DNA of 64,000 nucleotides from an uncultured Collinsella sp. (GTDB taxonomy: Bacteria; Actinomycetota; Coriobacteriia; Coriobacteriales; Coriobacteriaceae), in NCBI GenBank assembly GCA_902497075.1, contig CABVDG010000003.1, positions 10,674 to 74,673 on the forward strand, written 5' to 3'. This document shows, piece after piece, positions 63,843 through 64,000 of the stretch (position 1 is the first letter of the stretch; every line of letters starts with the position of its first letter). The notes beneath the pieces are model-generated. The model worked only from the letters and a program-made list of their open reading frames with translations. It ran no database searches and was not told where the DNA came from. The translations under genes and the position numbers were made by a program.

Positions 63843-64000
63843 TCCGATTCTGCTGACCGCCATCTGCGCCGTGGTCTCGTTCTTTATCGGAGCGATTCCG
63901 TTTGGCCTGATCCTGGGCCGCATGTTCAACCACACGGACATTCGCAAGGCGGGCTCCGGCAACATCGGCACAACCAATGCGCTGCGCGTGGCCGGCCCTA
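63835..64000 (+). CDS. plsY: glycerol-3-phosphate acyltransferase PlsY, N-terminal 55 aa (3' end outside window)
   Basis: MHNPILLTAICAVVSFFIGAIPFGLILGRMF....DIRKAGSGNIGTTNALR. The ATG overlaps the der stop (ATGCATAA). Confidence 0.8.
   Translation, partial: MHNPILLTAICAVVSFFIGAIPFGLILGRMFNHTDIRKAGSGNIGTTNALRVAGP

Noticed and set aside
607-63977. Numerous long ORFs antisense to, or out of frame with, the annotated genes. Examples: 607-1395(-), 1473-2861(-), 4786-5862(-), 6060-7106(-), 9582-10520(+), 13502-14476(+), 15645-16856(+), 18036-19469(+), 20197-21213(+), 26422-27570(-), 36978-37877(-), 53275-55260(-), 55832-57013(-), 58708-60135(-), 60147-61076(-), 62487-63977(-).
   Set aside because: Their translations are Arg/Ala/Gly/Pro-rich with no recognisable motifs and no SD. 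They fully overlap genes with clear family signatures. These are typical stop-codon-poor shadow frames of high-GC DNA.

Overview
This is a high-GC, actinobacterial-type chromosome segment. Gene content and order (gltX-priA-def-fmt-rsmB, a Firmicutes-style glgC/glgD glycogen cluster, scpA-scpB-rluB-cmk-plsC-ispH-der-plsY) fit a Coriobacteriia-like organism, but that assignment is inference only.

Layout:
- 1-7.1 kb: housekeeping genes, with two unusually long intergenic inverted repeats.
- 7.1-8.3 kb: a single strongly AT-rich foreign-looking gene.
- 8.3-21.8 kb: a minus-strand glycogen/maltodextrin cluster (GH13-GH77 fusion, glgA, glgD, glgC, glgP, glgB). GlgA and GlgB both carry Lys/Ala/Thr-rich tails.
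- 22-23.6 kb: HAD hydrolase, thiamine pyrophosphokinase and tRNA-Ala.
- 23.6-37.9 kb: a 14-gene surface-polysaccharide locus. It is headed by a roughly 735-nt leader and a NusG-paralog (LoaP/UpxY-like) antiterminator, and its central part has lower GC.
- 37.9-49.9 kb: a compositionally mosaic accessory/defence-type island.
- 49.9-53.0 kb: a tRNA cluster (Val, Ala, Met, Ala) with duplicated tRNA-Ala modules. Each module is preceded by a conserved structured element.
- 53-64 kb: housekeeping genes (ABC-F, M50 protease, scpAB, rluB, cmk, plsC, ispH, DUF512 radical-SAM, der, plsY).

The island contains a decayed type I R-M S-subunit with an integrase fragment, a HEPN-like gene with an Rx4H motif, a UvrD C-terminal remnant, an orphan TIR-like (PF10137-type) gene, a frameshifted LPXTG protein, an uncharacterised two-gene cassette, an AAA-ATPase/RloB pair and a DUF3825 gene.

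I found no rRNA, no CRISPR array and no intact transposase or integrase. Most long ORFs in the track that lie antisense to, or out of frame with, the genes listed here are GC-driven shadow ORFs. All homology statements come from recognising motifs by eye, not from database searches.
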